Part shown: positions 29,196 to 32,000 of the stretch, in pieces
Position numbering within the stretch: position 1 is the stretch's first letter
Layout of the letters: every line of letters starts with the position of its first letter
From: Acaryochloris marina MBIC11017
Lineage (GTDB): Bacteria > Cyanobacteriota > Cyanobacteriia > Thermosynechococcales > Thermosynechococcaceae
DNA: 32,000 bases
Assembly (NCBI RefSeq): GCF_000018105.1
Contig: NC_009925.1
Coordinates: forward strand, 330,001 to 362,000
Direction of reading: 5' to 3'
The notes under the pieces: generated by a model
The model's input: only the letters and a program-made list of their open reading frames with translations
Told to the model about the DNA's origin: nothing
Database searches by the model: none
Made by a program: the position numbers and the translations under genes

Positions 29196-29546
29196 ACAAC
29201 CCACCTTTCTAAAGCGCAATAAACCTAAAGAAAAGACTTAAAAAGAACATCGGCTTATATCAAACAATATTCAGACTGCTGAGCTAAAATGATATTTAAA
29301 AAAATAATCTAATATTATTTCAGAAAAATATTACTCAAGAAAAGCTATATAGAAGACAAGCTAACTATGAAAAGTAGGCTTACAAATTTTTGTCTAACAG
29401 TTTCTACTAGAATTTAAATTCTTCGAAATATATAGTTTTAGACTAGGACTAGCATTGAATAACTATATTTTATTTTTATGGGTTTAAATTTAATTCAATC
29501 TTACTTATCTCACGAAAAATTATAGCTGTAGATCAAGCAATAATCT

Positions 29547-30719
29547 TTATTTTGAGAAAGGCATCGTCATAACTTTAGCTCGGTAGAAGTTATCAAACAA
29601 GTAGTACCAAACAAAGTCAAATAAAACCTTCTGCTTATAGTAAAAGCTTTCAAGCATCTGCATCTTCATAAATTGAAAGCGGATTTTCATGCTAAACGTG
29701 CGTCTAGATACAGGACTATTTTTTAAGCTCAGATCAATTTGACCAATCAAATCAGATATAATTTGATCAGTCAAAATCATATTTTCAATTGAGTCGGATA
29801 AATCAATATCAAAGTAGCTTTTACATAGAGCTAGGCCTAGTAGTAATCTACGCCTGCATCGAAGTTCCTGAGACAGCTTCAATACATCAGGCCAGTTAAG
29901 AGTCGGGTTATTATCAACTAAATTAGCTACATCATAAATCGCTTGAAACTTTTTCCATCCATCTTGAGAGTTATGGATACACAGAACGTTGAGTAAATCC
30001 TCAGTTTTTAGGCTTTGGTAGTATTGCTGTTGTAGCTTTATTTTCAACAATCGATCAGAAAAAATTTCAAAGGATTCGGGACAGTATTTTGAAATATTCT
30101 GGTGTAAATCAATAAATACATTGCAGTCTTGCTTCCTTTTCCCAAAAGATATTTCATGAGCAATAAAATCATAGTGAAAATTCTTAATTATCTTGTAGAG
30201 AATCGAATAATTCCATCCTTGGTTTACATAAGGAGAACGATAATTAAGACTAATCAGTAGATTTACACAACGTTTAAAGTCTTTTCTTGAAACTAAAAAA
30301 TCTAAGTCACAGAACTGTCTAGCATGAGTACCTCCGTAAGCAATCTGCGCAAGTGTTGGCCCTTTGAAAGGGATCACATCAATATCATGGGTTTCAAACA
30401 GGTTCAATAACTGTTTAAGTTCTTCCACATGTAAAGTATTTTTTAAAGTGATTTCACAAGAATACTTTCTAAGGCTAGCAAGCAGATAATCTGGAATATT
30501 TTTATGAGTATGTTGCTTAAGACATTGGTATACGGGTGGTATTACTTTATGGAACTTAGTTAACCTCAAAAAATGGTGCCAATCAATACTATGATGATCT
30601 AGTATCGCATTAATTTTAAAATACCTAGTTTGTGATTTTAATTGAAGACAGGATAAAAGCAGCTTTTGCTCATTAGAGAATTCAGTAGAACTTCTTTTTT
30701 TCAGTTTTATATAAATCAC
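29547..30719 (-). CDS. NTP_transf_5-like (uncharacterised nucleotidyltransferase family) protein
   Basis: The block IPFKGPTLAQIAYGGTHARQFCDLDFLVSRKDFKRCVNLL fits the remembered family pattern (KG..L....Y.....R...D.D.LV). It is co-oriented with the kinase gene and 50 nt downstream of it. Confidence 0.7.
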   Translation of the reverse strand: MIYIKLKKRSSTEFSNEQKLLLSCLQLKSQTRYFKINAILDHHSIDWHHFLRLTKFHKVIPPVYQCLKQHTHKNIPDYLLASLRKYSCEITLKNTLHVEELKQLLNLFETHDIDVIPFKGPTLAQIAYGGTHARQFCDLDFLVSRKDFKRCVNLLISLNYRSPYVNQGWNYSILYKIIKNFHYDFIAHEISFGKRKQDCNVFIDLHQNISKYCPESFEIFSDRLLKIKLQQQYYQSLKTEDLLNVLCIHNSQDGWKKFQAIYDVANLVDNNPTLNWPDVLKLSQELRCRRRLLLGLALCKSYFDIDLSDSIENMILTDQIISDLIGQIDLSLKNSPVSRRTFSMKIRFQFMKMQMLESFYYKQKVLFDFVWYYLFDNFYRAKVMTMPFSK

Positions 30720-30769
30720 AAAACGATAGCAATATCAATTTCAATATACAAATAATCTAAAGATACTTA

Positions 30770-31654
30770 CTAACAAAGAGGCATTAATCTTCGATGATAT
30801 CCTTGTTCATGAATCTGGATTTTCTCAACGGTTTTTGATATTGAATTTAGATCGAGAGGTCTTGTAAGTAAATAGACTGGTACCTTCTTAAGCAGGGCCG
30901 TACATTGCTCAAAGTGAAGCTTCACAAACTGAGGATGAATTAGTTCCTTAGTTGCTCGAGAATTTTTTAAAATCTCTAGAAATGCTTGCTGTGGATTAAG
31001 CTTGATAATAGAAAATTCCTTCCCTTGATTAAGGACATAGATACTTGATAAGGGTAGGGCAGGAAATTCTTTTTGAGGAAGAAGGTGAACCTTCTTAGAA
31101 GAGTAGCCGTATATTGATTTAAGCTTATCAGGCTGATGTCCCATTGCAATAGCGGAATCAGGCCATAACTTGATCCGGGGGATGCTGGGTAGAACAGTTG
31201 GAAAATCGGAAGCAAATTGAATGGCTAATACATCGTCAGTAATTACCGAGCAATCATGATGATGGAATGCTTCTGCCAAAGTGGACTTGCCAGCCTTCGA
31301 ATGACCTAAAAATGCAGTAGCAGCATTTTGTAATACAACACAGCTTCCATGCAAAACAAGCTGACCTTGTTGGCGAAGAAGAATAGTAAAAATTGGCCCA
31401 TAGAGTATGGATCGAACTAAACCGATTTCGACATTAGCAAAAGGCTCAATGACTATTTCTTGTCCTTTATACACAAGGAAACGAAGAATGTTCGATATTC
31501 TACCTCGAAAACAGAAGCCAGCATCATGCTTATGATGGTATGTTGCTAATTTATCAATCTTTAGTACTACATCTGGGCGTCCATCTGCTTCAACAAGCTC
31601 AGGCAAGTAAATATCTGACTGAATACAGAAACCAAACACCGAATAGACTGGCAT
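30770..31654 (-). CDS. HPr kinase/phosphorylase-like (HprK-related) P-loop kinase
   Basis: The block LHGSCVVLQNAATAFLGHSKAGKSTLAEAF...VITDDV is a Walker A in the HprK_C-like context. The N-terminal Y-x-V-F-G-F-x-I-x-S pattern is typical of HprK-related kinases. Confidence 0.8.
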   Translation of the reverse strand: MPVYSVFGFCIQSDIYLPELVEADGRPDVVLKIDKLATYHHKHDAGFCFRGRISNILRFLVYKGQEIVIEPFANVEIGLVRSILYGPIFTILLRQQGQLVLHGSCVVLQNAATAFLGHSKAGKSTLAEAFHHHDCSVITDDVLAIQFASDFPTVLPSIPRIKLWPDSAIAMGHQPDKLKSIYGYSSKKVHLLPQKEFPALPLSSIYVLNQGKEFSIIKLNPQQAFLEILKNSRATKELIHPQFVKLHFEQCTALLKKVPVYLLTRPLDLNSISKTVEKIQIHEQGYHRRLMPLC

Positions 31655-31687
31655 ATCAAGTTTATTGATATAGTTAATAGCTTGATA

Positions 31688-31722
31688 TTAAAGAGGAAAG
31701 AACTAATTTCTTCCCTCTTTAA
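31688..31722 (-). promoter_or_regulatory. 15-bp stem-loop between the peptide gene and the kinase gene
   Basis: The minus-strand RNA reads UUAAAGAGGGAAGAA / AUUAG / UUCUUUCCUCUUUAA, with one G:U pair and otherwise perfect pairing. It begins 14 nt after the peptide stop codon and has no strong U-tail. Confidence 0.5.
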
Positions 31723-31735
31723 TGGTAAATTCTGC

Positions 31736-31900
31736 CTAACCGTCATCAAGTTCCGGAGCAATTACAGCTGCAGATTCAAAATCATCATCAACTTCTTCAA
31801 ATTGTTCTTCAAACTCCCTAGCTTCATCATCAAATTCTTGTGTGATACCTACTAAAGAACCAAAGGCAGTCAACTTAGGTGTTGAAAATTTCCGTTTCAT
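31736..31900 (-). CDS. 54-aa precursor-like peptide (lasso-type leader motif + polyacidic tail), absent from the ORF track
   Basis: My own translation is MKRKFSTPKLTAFGSLVGITQEFDDEAREFEEQFEEVDDDFESAAVIAPELDDG. The ORF has an ATG start, GGAG 10 nt upstream and a TAG stop. It shares the strand of the kinase gene and lies 81 nt upstream of it. An open frame this long is unlikely by chance in AT-rich DNA. Confidence 0.6.
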   Translation of the reverse strand: MKRKFSTPKLTAFGSLVGITQEFDDEAREFEEQFEEVDDDFESAAVIAPELDDG

Positions 31901-32000
31901 AATTCAAAAGCTCCAAATAGCGTGTGGATTAGTTAAGGCATGTTCAACGAGAATGAATTAAGTTTAGTAATTCGCAATCTATCGAAAAATTTATATCAAA

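Noticed and set aside
29001-29546. Search for a PqqD-like RRE or a second precursor ORF in the long spacer and in the gaps 27545-27698, 25624-25744 and 31655-31735.
   Set aside because: Only ORFs of 20 codons or fewer were found, with no ribosome-binding context. None resembles the 54-aa peptide or a PqqD fold-sized protein of about 90 aa.
1-32000. CRISPR arrays, tRNA/rRNA genes, integrase or att sites, and toxin-antitoxin or restriction/defence gene pairs.
   Set aside because: I saw no regularly spaced direct repeats, no cloverleaf-like or rRNA-like segments, and no integrase or recombinase ORF. No protein carried nuclease, helicase or methylase-of-DNA signatures. All the methyltransferases look like small-molecule or sugar class I enzymes in a glycan context.
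31901-32000. Promoter call for the peptide gene (TTGAAC at about -60 relative to the ATG, with several TA-rich hexamers).
   Set aside because: No -35/-10 pair with acceptable 16-18 nt spacing could be defined by eye, and the region is cut by the window edge.

Overview
The window looks cyanobacterial, because it carries HIP1 octamers (GCGATCGC). It splits into two very different parts.

**Core, positions 1 to about 5700.** This part is GC-richer and ordinary. It holds a MATE efflux gene, a Tat-signal PhoX-type phosphatase and glutaminase glsA.

**Island, about 5770 to the window end.** This is an AT-rich block of about 26 kb with every gene on the minus strand.
- It carries a glycan-building and glycan-decorating locus: six GT4/GT2/WcaI/CgeB-like glycosyltransferases plus one frameshifted GT4, two family-2 sulfotransferases, four SAM methyltransferases, a WcaF-like acetyltransferase and a PhyH dioxygenase.
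- It also encodes a Wzy-like membrane protein, a fused MsbA/PglK-type ABC exporter and an AsnB-like protein with degenerate catalytic motifs.
- The island is broken up by mobile-element debris: an IS200-like copy with a nonsense tnpA, a second decayed IS200 copy, a 192-bp MITE with a target-site duplication, and a transposase zinc-ribbon relic.
- Several genes are disrupted: two by in-frame TGA codons, one by a frameshift in a T7 tract and one by another frameshift.

**Most interesting feature, at the right edge.**
- A 54-aa ORF (31736-31900, minus strand) falls below the ORF-track size cutoff.
- It has a lasso-leader-like signature (F-x-x-P-x-L-x3-G-x5-T) followed by an extremely acidic, heptad-patterned tail.
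- A 15-bp stem-loop follows it, then an HPr-kinase-like P-loop protein, then an NTP_transf_5-like nucleotidyltransferase.
- No PqqD/RRE, leader protease or adjacent cyclase is present in the window.

I saw no rRNA, tRNA or CRISPR array. All calls come from reading motifs by eye; no searches were run.
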